Positions 9,045 through 19,979 of a stretch of DNA of 64,000 nt are shown here, one piece after another. The stretch spans positions 2,816,001-2,880,000 of the forward strand of contig OY762428.1 in assembly GCA_963665665.1 (NCBI GenBank), given 5' to 3'. The stretch is from Candidatus Kapaibacterium sp. GTDB taxonomy: Bacteria > Bacteroidota > Ignavibacteria > Kapaibacteriales > UBA2268. A model generated the notes under the pieces. The model made no database searches and was not told the origin of the DNA. It was given only the letters and a program-made list of their open reading frames with translations. Positions within the stretch are counted from its first letter, which is position 1. Every line of letters begins with the position of its first letter. Position numbers and translations under genes: made by a program.

Positions 9045-12000
9045 ATGCAAAACTTATCTCCTACTTTCCAAGCCAGAAAAAGTTTTGGCAGGAAATTACT
9101 TTTATCACTCGGCTTAGTGGCTGTTATGCTAATTGGCCTGGGCAGACAAACACAGGCTCAGGAATACTGCGAAATTTCAGCAGCAATTACAGATTACCAG
9201 ATGTGTACGAACTTTTTTGCTATAAACAATGTTGTTATCCAGGACATTAACGCTGACGAAGAAGGCAATGTCGATTATGGCCCGGGTGGCTATATGGATA
9301 TGAGCAATATCGTTATTAATCTCTTTCGTGGCACTTCTTATGACCTTACAATTGGTGCAGGATTTGCTGTATGGGTTACTTACCCTACTGATCTGTCTTT
9401 TTACGATCAGGATGTTATGGTTTATATTGACTGGGATAACGACGGAGAATTCGAAGATACTGAAAGAGTAATGAATTCTGACCATGAAGACGGAGGAGCA
9501 TCCTTCTGGCATAATGGTACTGTTATCATCCCGTCAAATGTTGACCTTTCTGAATCTGATACACGAAGGATGAGAATTGTAACTGATTACTGGGCAATGA
9601 ATAACCTTTCCCCTTGTGATGAAGACGGTGTTAGTGGCACAACATACGGAGAAGGCCGTGATTTTACCCTTCGCTTTGCTCCGGGTAATGATGCAGGTGT
9701 AACTGCCTTGGCAATGGTTAATCCTGTTTTCATTCCGGGTAACCAGGAAGTAAAAGCAACAATCAAAAACTACACTAACAAAACTCTTACAAGCTGTACT
9801 ATCAACTGGAGTGTTGACGGTGTAGAGCAGACTCCTTACTCATGGGAAGGTGAACTTGCTATGGATGAAGAAGAAGAAGTTGTAATTGGATATTATAATT
9901 TCGAGTATAAAAACCCGATTGAATCTTTTGAACTTACAGCATGGACTTCAAGCCCTAACGGCGCTACTGATGAAGACCAGACAAACGACGAACTTACAGA
10001 ATCTATTTTTGTTGCTCCGGCTCTTACACCGGCCAACTATACAATCGGTACTGACAAACAGTTCCCTGATTTTACTGAAATGACTGGCTATGCCCGTGAT
10101 TATGGTGTTATTGGCGAAGGCGAACTTCATTTCACCGTATCAAGGGATACCTATTACGAACAGATAGATTTTTCAGGTATTCAGCACGATAATAACATTT
10201 TCTCATTTGTATCAAATACCGAAAACAGAGACGACGTTATTGTTAGTGCTTGTGGAAATTCTGTTGTAACTATCAATAATCCCGGTGCATCATTTATTTT
10301 CGAGCACATGACATTTACCAGTACCTGCTCGACTGATGCAGCTGCGGCTCACGTGTTTGAAATTACAAATCATCCTGACGAAGTAATCCTTTACGAATGC
10401 GACGTTCTTGGTGTTGAAGGCCCGGACGCAGGCGATATGGGATTCTCAACCATTTTCATTAATGGTGAGCAGCCTGAACTGTTTGGCGTTGAGAAATGTG
10501 ATATCAAATATGGTTCACATGCTATTTATCTGAACGGAAGAGGCGAATACAGATCGGAAGCAGCAGTTATTCTTTCAAACCTGATGGCATATTCAGGCGT
10601 TGGATATTACACATGGGTAGATAATCCTGATTTCGGATGGGAAAATGCTGTAATCGAATGCGAATTTTCAGGTGGATGGGACAGAGAAAAAACAAACATG
10701 ATCTATCCAAGTGCCGGTGTGATTTCTAACGGCTCCTGGGTAGCAAAAAACACATTCTCTAACATATACGGATCAATTAACGCTGATGATGCTGTAATTG
10801 ATATTACTCATGAAGTAACTTCAGAAACACCAATTGAAGTTTATCAGAATGTTATGCGTAATTGCTTTGATGTAACAGGTATCCGTGTTCAGGGTAATAA
10901 CGCAGTTATATATGAAAATGATATTAACCTTGAAAACTTCGACCCGAAAGTCGGTATCCAGATAATCAATTCCGGTTTGGTTGACGATGTATATCTTGAA
11001 GACAATGAGGTAACGGTTCTTGAAGGTACAGCTCTTTATATTGAAAATTCAATGAACGTATATGCTTATCATAATTATCTTTATTCAATGGGTAATTTCT
11101 TTGGTGATACACCTGTATTATATGCAGAGATGGCTTCAGGTTATCTTGCAGTGAATATGATAGTCGGCGATTATGCCAATGGTATTCAGCTTTTTGATAA
11201 CTACGGTTTGAATTTATTCTACAACTCTGTTAATGTATTTAATGGTATGAGCAATGCTCCACTCGTATTTGATAATATGGGCGGATTTGTAATTGATCCT
11301 CCGGATGAAGAGGGTGATGAAGAGGGTGAATATGGCAAATTCAAAAACAGTAAGCTTGATGCTGATCCTGTTGTTTTAAGAAGAAATCTTCTTATCAACT
11401 CCGGAAGCGGCCCGGCTATTATTGATGCAAACAGAGTTTCAAACCTTATTTCAGATGAAAATGATATATACACAGCCGGAACAGTATTTGACCTTGCTGC
11501 ATGGCAGGCTCTCGGTTTTGATGAAAATTCCGTATCCATACCGGTTTATTATAAATCAATGGAAGACCTTCACCTTACTCAGTTTGATGACAGGATTACT
11601 GAAGACGAACCTTTGAACCTTGAAGGTACAACAATTGAAAAAGAATTTGAAATTGTTGACTGGGACGGCGAATATCGTGATGTTTATTATTTCGGTGTTG
11701 ACAATCTGAAACCGTCAATCGAAATAGTTGACCAGCCCGAGCCGGTTGTTGATTGTGAAGGCGTAGCAGACCACATGGTAACTTGTGTTGCTAATGTAAG
11801 TCTTGGCGGTACTGCTGATTATCAGTGGCAGAAAGACGGCGAAGATCTTATGGGTGAAAACAGCGCTATCCTATTCTTTGACGATCTTGACTTCACAATG
11901 TCAGGTATTTACAGGTGTGTTGTTTCCGGTTCAGGCGGTGCTTACTCTGTATCTTCCGACGAAATTCTTGTTTACGTAATGACTGAACCTGCAATTACAC

Positions 12001-13121
12001 GCCAGCCAAGAACAATGGCAGTTAAAGAAGGCGGCTCGGCATGGTTCGAAGTACAGGCTCATATTGCGGGTGATTATCCTCTGGATTACCTCCCGACAGC
12101 ACAGTGGCACAAAGACGGCGTAGACCTGATGGACGACGGACGTATTGCAGGTGCACAGTCAACAATTCTTTCAATAAGCGAAGTTATGGGCAGCGATTAT
12201 AATGATAATTATGCTGTTACAATGACGGGCCTTTGCGGTGAAGTAACATCTGAAAATGTTGCTCTTACTGACTTACCGGGTGTAAACATTCTTACACAGC
12301 CAATGGACATGACTGAATGCGAAGACGGCAGTGCAACATTCTATGTTGAAGCCGAAGCAGTTAACGGCGGCACCAGCCTTACATACCAGTGGATGAAAGA
12401 CGGCACGGACCTTGCTGATGACGCAAGAATAACAGGTTCTGCAAGCGGTACAATTACAATTAGCGACCTTGAAATGACAGATGCAGGAAGCTACGTTTGT
12501 AAAGTAACTGTTACCCCGGGTAATGTAACTGAAGAATCTAATGCAGCAGCTCTTACGGTTGATGCAAAACCGATGATTGTTACTCAGCCCATGGATGAAA
12601 CTGTTGATGCAGGCCGCGAAGTCAGCCTTATTGTTGATGCTCAGTATGTAACTGATTACCAGTGGATGAAAGACGGCAACCCGGTTGCCGGTGCTACAAG
12701 CGCCACACTTACGATTGCATCTGCTACAGTTAGCGACGCAGGTGTTTACAAATGTTCACTGAGTAATAATTGTGGCGTTGTTGAAACAAATGAAGCTACA
12801 ATAACAGTTAACAATGCCGGTATTGTTGCTACAGTTGAAAACAACAATACTGAAGGATATGCTCTTGAAGCGAACACACCGAACCCGTTCAACGAAACAA
12901 CAAATATTGAATTTGCTGTTCCGAATGAAACTTACGTAACGGTTAAACTTACTAACGAAGCAGGTGCCGAGGTTGCAGTACTTTATAATAGTAATGCTCC
13001 TGCAGGAACAACAACTGTACAGGTGGATTCAGCAGAACTGAAACTCACTTCAGGCGTTTACTTCTATACTATCGAAACAAATGGTTTCACACAGACAAGA
13101 AAAATGATCCTTGTTAAATAA
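9045..13121 (+). CDS. Large T9SS-secreted surface protein: GEVED domain, beta-helix region, tandem Ig domains, C-terminal sorting domain
   Basis: YIDWDNDGEFED...YGEGRDF (GEVED-like), repeated YQWxKDG...DAGxYxC Ig domains, ANTPNPFN...SGVYFY...TRKMILVK. Confidence 0.8.
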   Translation: MQNLSPTFQARKSFGRKLLLSLGLVAVMLIGLGRQTQAQEYCEISAAITDYQMCTNFFAINNVVIQDINADEEGNVDYGPGGYMDMSNIVINLFRGTSYDLTIGAGFAVWVTYPTDLSFYDQDVMVYIDWDNDGEFEDTERVMNSDHEDGGASFWHNGTVIIPSNVDLSESDTRRMRIVTDYWAMNNLSPCDEDGVSGTTYGEGRDFTLRFAPGNDAGVTALAMVNPVFIPGNQEVKATIKNYTNKTLTSCTINWSVDGVEQTPYSWEGELAMDEEEEVVIGYYNFEYKNPIESFELTAWTSSPNGATDEDQTNDELTESIFVAPALTPANYTIGTDKQFPDFTEMTGYARDYGVIGEGELHFTVSRDTYYEQIDFSGIQHDNNIFSFVSNTENRDDVIVSACGNSVVTINNPGASFIFEHMTFTSTCSTDAAAAHVFEITNHPDEVILYECDVLGVEGPDAGDMGFSTIFINGEQPELFGVEKCDIKYGSHAIYLNGRGEYRSEAAVILSNLMAYSGVGYYTWVDNPDFGWENAVIECEFSGGWDREKTNMIYPSAGVISNGSWVAKNTFSNIYGSINADDAVIDITHEVTSETPIEVYQNVMRNCFDVTGIRVQGNNAVIYENDINLENFDPKVGIQIINSGLVDDVYLEDNEVTVLEGTALYIENSMNVYAYHNYLYSMGNFFGDTPVLYAEMASGYLAVNMIVGDYANGIQLFDNYGLNLFYNSVNVFNGMSNAPLVFDNMGGFVIDPPDEEGDEEGEYGKFKNSKLDADPVVLRRNLLINSGSGPAIIDANRVSNLISDENDIYTAGTVFDLAAWQALGFDENSVSIPVYYKSMEDLHLTQFDDRITEDEPLNLEGTTIEKEFEIVDWDGEYRDVYYFGVDNLKPSIEIVDQPEPVVDCEGVADHMVTCVANVSLGGTADYQWQKDGEDLMGENSAILFFDDLDFTMSGIYRCVVSGSGGAYSVSSDEILVYVMTEPAITRQPRTMAVKEGGSAWFEVQAHIAGDYPLDYLPTAQWHKDGVDLMDDGRIAGAQSTILSISEVMGSDYNDNYAVTMTGLCGEVTSENVALTDLPGVNILTQPMDMTECEDGSATFYVEAEAVNGGTSLTYQWMKDGTDLADDARITGSASGTITISDLEMTDAGSYVCKVTVTPGNVTEESNAAALTVDAKPMIVTQPMDETVDAGREVSLIVDAQYVTDYQWMKDGNPVAGATSATLTIASATVSDAGVYKCSLSNNCGVVETNEATITVNNAGIVATVENNNTEGYALEANTPNPFNETTNIEFAVPNETYVTVKLTNEAGAEVAVLYNSNAPAGTTTVQVDSAELKLTSGVYFYTIETNGFTQTRKMILVK

Positions 13122-13138
13122 ACTGTTTTGATTAAATT

Positions 13139-13169
13139 AAAGCCCCGTGATTACGGGGCTTTTTTTTTT
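13139..13169 (+). terminator. Intrinsic terminator
   Basis: aaagccccgt-gatt-acggggc followed by a long T run. Confidence 0.9.
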
Positions 13170-13189
13170 AACTTTATTTGAATACTGAT

Positions 13190-13549
13190 ATGAAACAATT
13201 ATTTATAATTCTCTGCTTAGTTTTGATATTTTCATCATGTGATGATACGCCGGATATTGATGAGGAAAAATTTATCGAAACATATAAGGAAATTCTGATA
13301 ACCCGGGAGAGTACTATTGATTCAGTCGAGGCTAATAAAATAGTAAGTAAGATAATTAAAGACCATGGCTACAGCGAGGCATCATTCAGGAAGGAATTTT
13401 TTGAACTGGCATCCGAACGTGAGGTTTTACTGAGAGTAATTGATTCACTCAGGGAGAGTGTGAAACGTGATATGAAGATGATAGACAATAAGAAACATAT
13501 ATCCGAACAGGACAGTAATGAAACAGTAATGCCGGATAGCAGCAAATAG
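13190..13549 (+). CDS. Small lipoprotein (DUF4296-like)
   Basis: Lipobox-like IFSSC; helical IIKDHGYSEASF segment. Confidence 0.55.
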   Translation: MKQLFIILCLVLIFSSCDDTPDIDEEKFIETYKEILITRESTIDSVEANKIVSKIIKDHGYSEASFRKEFFELASEREVLLRVIDSLRESVKRDMKMIDNKKHISEQDSNETVMPDSSK

Positions 13550-13566
13550 CCACACATAAATTTTTT

Positions 13567-13902
13567 TTACATTATAAGGATTTCCGGATGTGTTTTTGTG
13601 AGTTCGTGCTTCAGTAACTTAATTTCTTCAAGTATAACTTCAATCTGGCAGGTATTATCCTGATTCCTGACTAAACCAAGATAATCATTGATAGAGATAA
13701 TCAGGGCATAAGCCTTGATAAGGTGGCGAATTTCCTCGCTCATACTGCAATTACTTATTTCAGATAAATGGGTAGTAAGCCTGCTTGCCGCATTTTCCAG
13801 TTTATAGTCTATCCGAAACATATCTATAGATGAAATGCTTCCACACAGAACCTTAGTTCTGGAATATAAATCTTTTGATATATCAACCAGATCAACATCC
13901 AT
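13567..13902 (-). CDS. Four-helix-bundle-like hypothetical protein
   Basis: Helical pattern KLENAASRLTTHLSE...RHLIKAY resembles a degenerate four-helix-bundle (IVP-like) protein. Start uncertain. Confidence 0.35.
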   Translation of the reverse strand: MDVDLVDISKDLYSRTKVLCGSISSIDMFRIDYKLENAASRLTTHLSEISNCSMSEEIRHLIKAYALIISINDYLGLVRNQDNTCQIEVILEEIKLLKHELTKTHPEILIM

Positions 13903-14059
13903 GTTTTTCAAATTCCTGTTTCTGAATAAACAAAAAACTTGCATCCTGCAAATTTTTATTATTGCTGTATAACTACCGAAACCTTTGACCAAATATAATA
14001 TCTTTTTGGCAAAGAAGAAATACCCTAAAATATATATTCCAACAATTTACCGGATAATC

Positions 14060-14180
14060 CTTAGCAAAAATGCTTAGTTTGGAAATTTAAGCTCAGTAAT
14101 TCTACTTAAAGATAATCAGTGTTTTTACTCATATTTCCAACTACGTATTTTCCCGTATTTTTCTACGTATTTTCCCGTAG
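14060..14180. promoter_or_regulatory. Array of NarL/LuxR-type imperfect palindromic boxes
   Basis: ttagca-aaaa-tgctta, tcagta-attc-tactta, tcagtg-tttt-tactca, and ctacgtattttcccgta twice (14141, 14163). Confidence 0.55.
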
Positions 14181-14504
14181 AAACGGATTAATTTCATCTT
14201 AATTAAAGAATTAAATATTTTTATTAATAATTACAACTTTATGAACTGATTATTACTATATTATTATCCGTATACCTAAAACTAATAGTATTCTGCAATA
14301 TAAAACCCGATAGCAAGTATTTATCCAAAATAAAGTTCATAAAACTTGTACTTTTTGATAAGAATTAACAACTGTTTGTAAAAATTCCTGTTTTTACCCG
14401 AAGAAAAAATAATTTGTATTATATACCAATAGAGTTATATTTGCTTAGTCATTCATTTGACTTTTATCAAAGGGAATTGTACAAATATTATTAATTATTA
14501 ATAC

Positions 14505-15182
14505 TTGGTGCTTATGTCTGCCCCTACAAATATACGAGTTTTGATTGCCGACGACCACAGTTTATTTGCCAAGCTTATTCAGCAAATGTTAAGAACATCT
14601 TCGGATATTGAAGTTGTCGGAATTGTTACAAACGGGAAAGAAGTTGTTGAATACGCAGAAAATCACGATATTGACCTTATCCTGCTTGATATCGACATGC
14701 CAATAATGGATGGTATGCAGACTCTTGGAAAAATTGTGAAAAACAAAAAAGATACCAGGATAATTATGCTGTCGAATCACACGGAGGCATGGCTTGTTCA
14801 GAAAGCCCTGAAAATCGGTGCAAGCGGATATATTTCCAAGTATGCCGACAGCAACGAAGTTGTTGAAGCGATAGTAACGGTACATAATGGCGGGAATTAT
14901 TTCTGCAAAACCAGTTTCAAGAACCTGATGGACAGGATAGCCAATAAAAAAACTGAATCATCCCACGATCATTCCTACCATGAACTGACGAAAAGAGAAA
15001 TGGAAGTTCTGAAATTAATTGCGAAAGAATTCAATTCCAAAGAAATTTCAGATCAGCTCTGTATTAGCCCGAGAACTGTGGAAACGCACAGGAAGAACAT
15101 CCTGCAGAAACTCGGTGCCAAAAACACCGTTGGATTAATTAAGGCAGCTATGGGAGCCAACCTGATTCCTGCCGATGTCTGA
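14505..15182 (+). CDS. NarL/FixJ-family response regulator (orphan)
   Basis: IADDH, LLDIDMP and GASGYISK receiver motifs; LTKREMEVL...SPRTVETHRKNI LuxR HTH. Confidence 0.93.
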   Translation: MVLMSAPTNIRVLIADDHSLFAKLIQQMLRTSSDIEVVGIVTNGKEVVEYAENHDIDLILLDIDMPIMDGMQTLGKIVKNKKDTRIIMLSNHTEAWLVQKALKIGASGYISKYADSNEVVEAIVTVHNGGNYFCKTSFKNLMDRIANKKTESSHDHSYHELTKREMEVLKLIAKEFNSKEISDQLCISPRTVETHRKNILQKLGAKNTVGLIKAAMGANLIPADV

Positions 15183-15213
15183 CAATTTTCTGTGAAATAT
15201 ATACTTAATAAGT

Positions 15214-15254
15214 AAAAAACCATCCGGATAAATATTGATTCGGGTGGTTTTTTT
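15214..15254 (+). terminator. Intrinsic terminator
   Basis: aaaaaaccatccg...cgggtggtttttt. Confidence 0.7.
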
Positions 15255-15444
15255 GCTAAATAATATATATCATAAGAAAAATAATATCGGTAAATTCTTT
15301 TTATTTGTTTTATTGCTGCTATTTCAGCTTGAATAGATGAAAATATTATATGCGGGTTTTGCACAATTGCAATAATAATCGTAATTTAACATAGAATTAC
15401 GGGATAACAAATTTTCAATATAAAATCAGATAAGAGGGTTAATT

Positions 15445-17691
15445 ATGACGTTTCCGATCATTAAAAATGGATTATTCAGAGTAATATCAATTACAGTATT
15501 ATTAGCTTTTACCTTCATCCCGGCACGCTCAATGAAGGATCCCCTATACGTATGCGGCAGTTCGTTATACTCCGGAAATAGTAATAAAAGCAATGTATGC
15601 GATATTAAGTTTGCCGGAGATGATAATAGCCTTGCTTTAATTGCCGGGTATTATAGTAAAATCGTCGTATCAGATTTAGATGACAATAAATTAGTTGACA
15701 TTGTTCATAAGCCATTTGAAGACGAGAGTTATGATTGGTATATGGGTAATATCATTGTTCTTGATGATAAGAAAACAATTATTAATTCTCAGCTTGATGT
15801 TTTTGATTTGTATGAAGGTTTTCTTTATAATATTGATACAATCGATTCAGAAACAAATTCAAAATTTGATATTTCACCTGATGGCAAATACCTTTGTGTT
15901 TCTTATGCCGATAAGGGTTCGTTCAATCAACTGCACAATCGGCTTGCGATTTACAATATTGAAACGAAAGAAAAAATATTTGAATTATTAGAATATGACA
16001 ACATTATCAATTATTCCTTTATTGGAAACGGGCAAATTATTATATGTGATAACTGGTCTAATTACCCGGAAATCATATTTTATGATTTTATAAATAACAA
16101 ACGGTTGAAAAGTATTGAAACACAGTATCCCGGACAGGTTTTAAAGTGTATAAGCAAAGACAGACGCTATATTTTGATGTTTAGATTTGATGATTATTGC
16201 GTATATGACCTGAAAAACGACGAAGTTGTCCTGACCATAGACCACTCGCTTGGATCCAACCTTCAATTCTCGGAAAATACAGATTACCTGATTTATACAC
16301 TCGATAGCAATATCAATATTATCGACTATCGAAAAGATCAGGTAATTGATATAATAAAAACTCCGTTCAATAAAATTGGAAAATTAAGAGTCAGAGATGA
16401 CTTCTCAATGCTGATGTCTGATAATACAAAAGTGTTATTTTATGATTATAGCATTAAAACATTTTCAGATCCCATAAAATTTTACAAAGAGTTTAGTAAT
16501 ATTGAAATTGATTCAGATGGGAATGCAATTCTTTCAAATTTGTTTAATGAAATTGTTTCCTTTAATCCTTTAACTAAGGAAATAAATTGGAGAAAGAATA
16601 CTTTTACTGAATATAATTTATCGACATATACCGAGCACAATCAATATAACATATTGAATATCAAAAATAATATTATTTTCCAAAGTGCATTAGATGAGGA
16701 ATTACAGAATTATTTCATGCTGATGATAAATCCGGAAAATGGCAATCTATTACATAAAATCGGACCCTTCAAAGATACTATAAGCGATATATCAGTTTAT
16801 AATAATGAGATAATCATTGGCTTTTTAAATGGTAGAATAATCAGATACAATCCAAATGATAATTCACATTCCGATATTTGTACTTTTAAAGGACAATTCT
16901 ATAAGTTTTCTGAAAATATAAAGAATAGCAAAATATTGACCGTTTTATTTGAGCCGGATTCTGAAGATAAGAAAACAAAAATATATGAATTAGCATTACC
17001 TAACGGAGAATATAATCTGGTAAATGATATTGCTTTTCGACCATCGCCTGTTTATAATAACAACGTCTTTTCAGAAAATGATAAATATTTCGGAAATATT
17101 TATTTAGAAACGACAATGATATGTAATATACCAGAAGGAATTGACGAACTGATTCTTTTTCAAGATGAAGCAAGGTCAATTTTTATAAATGAAGAAAGAA
17201 ATTCTGTTTTCCTCGGTGCTAATGGAAAAATAATTGAAGTAGATGCAACTACAGGTAATTGGACAGGAGGTAATATTATTGACGAATATGGCAACTATCC
17301 TTTTACATCTGACAGACATTGGTCTCAACCATATTTCCTTGATGTTGTGTGTTATGAGAATATGCTATATGGCGTTAGTTCTGACGGATGCTTTGTTGCT
17401 TACGAGCTGTCTCCGGTTTCCGTGGAGGCAAAATCTGCAACAACAGCCAATAAGTTGATTGTATATCCAAATCCTGCGCCAGGCAACGGAAGATTAACAA
17501 TTGAACTGCCTGATATGCCCGAAAATAATTCCGTAATCAAAATATTTGATATTAACGGTGAAAATGTTAAAACAATTAGTACAAACACCGGAACTATAAA
17601 TTTAAGCGCTGATGAATTGCTCCCCGGGGCATATTACGTCAGGTATTATTCAAATACAGGAATCTATAACAGCAGGCTAATTGTTTATTAG
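15445..17691 (+). CDS. Beta-propeller (WD40-like) T9SS-secreted protein
   Basis: DISPDGKYL and FSENTDYL blade motifs; VYPNPA...PGAYYV C-terminal domain. Confidence 0.7.
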   Translation: MTFPIIKNGLFRVISITVLLAFTFIPARSMKDPLYVCGSSLYSGNSNKSNVCDIKFAGDDNSLALIAGYYSKIVVSDLDDNKLVDIVHKPFEDESYDWYMGNIIVLDDKKTIINSQLDVFDLYEGFLYNIDTIDSETNSKFDISPDGKYLCVSYADKGSFNQLHNRLAIYNIETKEKIFELLEYDNIINYSFIGNGQIIICDNWSNYPEIIFYDFINNKRLKSIETQYPGQVLKCISKDRRYILMFRFDDYCVYDLKNDEVVLTIDHSLGSNLQFSENTDYLIYTLDSNINIIDYRKDQVIDIIKTPFNKIGKLRVRDDFSMLMSDNTKVLFYDYSIKTFSDPIKFYKEFSNIEIDSDGNAILSNLFNEIVSFNPLTKEINWRKNTFTEYNLSTYTEHNQYNILNIKNNIIFQSALDEELQNYFMLMINPENGNLLHKIGPFKDTISDISVYNNEIIIGFLNGRIIRYNPNDNSHSDICTFKGQFYKFSENIKNSKILTVLFEPDSEDKKTKIYELALPNGEYNLVNDIAFRPSPVYNNNVFSENDKYFGNIYLETTMICNIPEGIDELILFQDEARSIFINEERNSVFLGANGKIIEVDATTGNWTGGNIIDEYGNYPFTSDRHWSQPYFLDVVCYENMLYGVSSDGCFVAYELSPVSVEAKSATTANKLIVYPNPAPGNGRLTIELPDMPENNSVIKIFDINGENVKTISTNTGTINLSADELLPGAYYVRYYSNTGIYNSRLIVY

Positions 17692-17759
17692 TGGATATTA
17701 AATTAATGATATTAATTTACCACTTTCGACAAAATGGCATACTTTAAGTATGCTGTAAT

Positions 17760-17908
17760 AAGGTTGTCTTATAAGCTGACAATATTATTATTCTGAGCAC
17801 AGCGAATAGTCCATAAACTGCATGAATACTGGATTCTCCACTTTCTTTAGAATGATATTTTTTTGTATTTTTTAAACATCTAACATATTTTTTCTTCATG
17901 CTAAGTAG
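17760..17908. mobile_element. Degenerate MITE/REP element, inverted homologue of 21464-21562
   Basis: aaggttgtcttataagctgacaat...ctgcatgaatactggattct aligns to the reverse complement of 21464-21562 and ends in tgctaagtag like 7906-7915. Confidence 0.65.
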
Positions 17909-18084
17909 TAACAGTTACTGTATATGGTACACAATTTCCGGAACTGAGGAACAGCCCGAAAAACAACACAGTTTTTTACTAAATTAAAATTATATTATTT
18001 CCAAACAGCAATATTGGTACGTTGTTTGTAAGGTTTTTGTTAATTTTGTAACTTTATTACAATTAAGGCGATGAAGAAAGACCA

Positions 18085-19470
18085 ATGGCCGGGAAAAAAA
18101 ATAATAATATCAAATCGTGGGTAAAAGTCCTGATAGGATTCTTTTCTTTAATATTTATAATTAGTCTGGTAATTGTTTATTCAATTTATTCATTCCTATC
18201 CGGTAGAAGCGATTCGGATAAGCCGCAGGCTGGCAATATTGTAAGGAACAAGGATAGCCTGAAACTGAATAAGGATATTGATTTCCTGAAAGCTATCGTA
18301 CCGGAAACCGATACCGTTTGCAAGGTTATCAGAATGAGCAGCCGGGCTTCAATGGATGTCCCTTTCGAATTTGATACCGAGGCAGGAAAAACTTACAGAA
18401 GAACTTTCCAGGGCAGAAGAATAAATATTGCAATAACAGGCGTGGATTCCAGGCTGGGCAGCTCTTACAGACACGCCGATGCTAACCATGTCCTTTCGAT
18501 ACTTATCGACAGCGGTAAGATTGAAATGACTGCCGTTCCGAGGGACACCGAAGCAGATGCGGGATTCCCCGATTCTACCACATTCAATATACTTTCCAAT
18601 GTTCGTGCGGCAAAGGGCCGCGAAGCATACCTCGCCGAGATGGCAAAAATTGCCTGCCTTGACAGAATTCATTACCACGTGGAATTTGGTTTCTCGCAGG
18701 CTATGGGCATACTGGAATGGCTCGGCTATAGCGAGTCCGCTTCAACCCTTCAGGTGCTGCGCTCCAGGCGCGGGCTTGGCGGGGATGATTTCCAGAGGGT
18801 ATATAACCAGGCACAGTTTATCAGGCAGATGATGCTGTCGAAGTTTGATAAATTCGAGGGCTTTTTCGGAGAATTGTTTATCCGCGGAGGGTTGGGGCTT
18901 GTTGAAACAAACCTGTCAACATCCAAAGTGCAGGAGATATTCCGCAGCCTGAAAAAAGCAGGCTTCCCACGTTCCGAAGAGGATATCAGCATTAGGGTAA
19001 GGCCAACCCTGAAAATAAAATTTAAAAAATACGATTTTACTGACCAGGCAACAGTACAATCCCTCATGGCAAAAATTGAATCATTCAATACAAACCACGG
19101 CCTTTCGGATAGTATTAAGCACAAATCTGCCTATGATATTCTTACTCCGGTTCTGGATAAAGCCGCCGCAGACACAGCGGAAAGGCCCGCACGCTCGATT
19201 ACGAAGCTTAAAACATATTTCAGGCAAAGAGCATGGTTTCAGGTTCGTGACAAAGCACAAAGGGACAGTGTAAGGGAAAGGTTCCGGGCAATACTGACTA
19301 AGGCTTATATTAAAAGGAACAAACCTGAAAAAGCCGAGCAGGTAAACAGGATTATAAAAAATGAAATTGAAATGTTTAACCCGCCGCCAAAGCCAAGCCC
19401 GGCTATCGATACGGCGGCATTCCTGCTAAGGGACAGCACACTTATCACCAATAATGCGGAGACACTATGA
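18085..19470 (+). CDS. LytR-CpsA-Psr (LCP) family protein
   Basis: N-terminal TM; NIAITGVDSR, HAD, VPRDT and DDFQRVYNQ motifs. Confidence 0.8.
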   Translation: MAGKKNNNIKSWVKVLIGFFSLIFIISLVIVYSIYSFLSGRSDSDKPQAGNIVRNKDSLKLNKDIDFLKAIVPETDTVCKVIRMSSRASMDVPFEFDTEAGKTYRRTFQGRRINIAITGVDSRLGSSYRHADANHVLSILIDSGKIEMTAVPRDTEADAGFPDSTTFNILSNVRAAKGREAYLAEMAKIACLDRIHYHVEFGFSQAMGILEWLGYSESASTLQVLRSRRGLGGDDFQRVYNQAQFIRQMMLSKFDKFEGFFGELFIRGGLGLVETNLSTSKVQEIFRSLKKAGFPRSEEDISIRVRPTLKIKFKKYDFTDQATVQSLMAKIESFNTNHGLSDSIKHKSAYDILTPVLDKAAADTAERPARSITKLKTYFRQRAWFQVRDKAQRDSVRERFRAILTKAYIKRNKPEKAEQVNRIIKNEIEMFNPPPKPSPAIDTAAFLLRDSTLITNNAETL

Positions 19471-19979
19471 AAACACTGGTTTTTGTCCGCCATGCAAAAT
19501 CAAGCTGGGACAACCCCGGTTTAAGCGATTTTGAACGCCCACTGAATAAAAGAGGAAAAAACGACGCTCCTTTCATGGCAAAACTGATTGCCTCGAAAGG
19601 AATAAAACCGGATATTATATATTCTTCACCTGCAAAAAGGGCCTATACAACCTGTAAGCATTTTGCAAAAGAGCTGAATTATCCCAAAGATGATATTATC
19701 AGAAAACCGCTGATATACGAGTACGGGCCAAATGATATACTAAGAATGGTAGAAAAAAGCGACGATAGGAATAATGTGATCTTTGTTTTCGGGCACAACC
19801 CGGACACTACTCACATGGTAAACTTCCTGAGCGGGGAACATATTGGCAACGTGCCTACATGCGGTGTGGCATGTATTGATTTTGATACCGACAGATGGGA
19901 CAATATCCGGGAAGAAAAAGGGAAACTCCGATTTTTCGAATTTCCGAAGAAATACCCGGACAGGGATATTAATTTTTAG
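19467..19979 (+). CDS. sixA: SixA-type phosphohistidine phosphatase
   Basis: RHAKSSW, RPLNKRG, SSPAKRA and FGHNP motifs. Confidence 0.88.
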   Translation: MKTLVFVRHAKSSWDNPGLSDFERPLNKRGKNDAPFMAKLIASKGIKPDIIYSSPAKRAYTTCKHFAKELNYPKDDIIRKPLIYEYGPNDILRMVEKSDDRNNVIFVFGHNPDTTHMVNFLSGEHIGNVPTCGVACIDFDTDRWDNIREEKGKLRFFEFPKKYPDRDINF

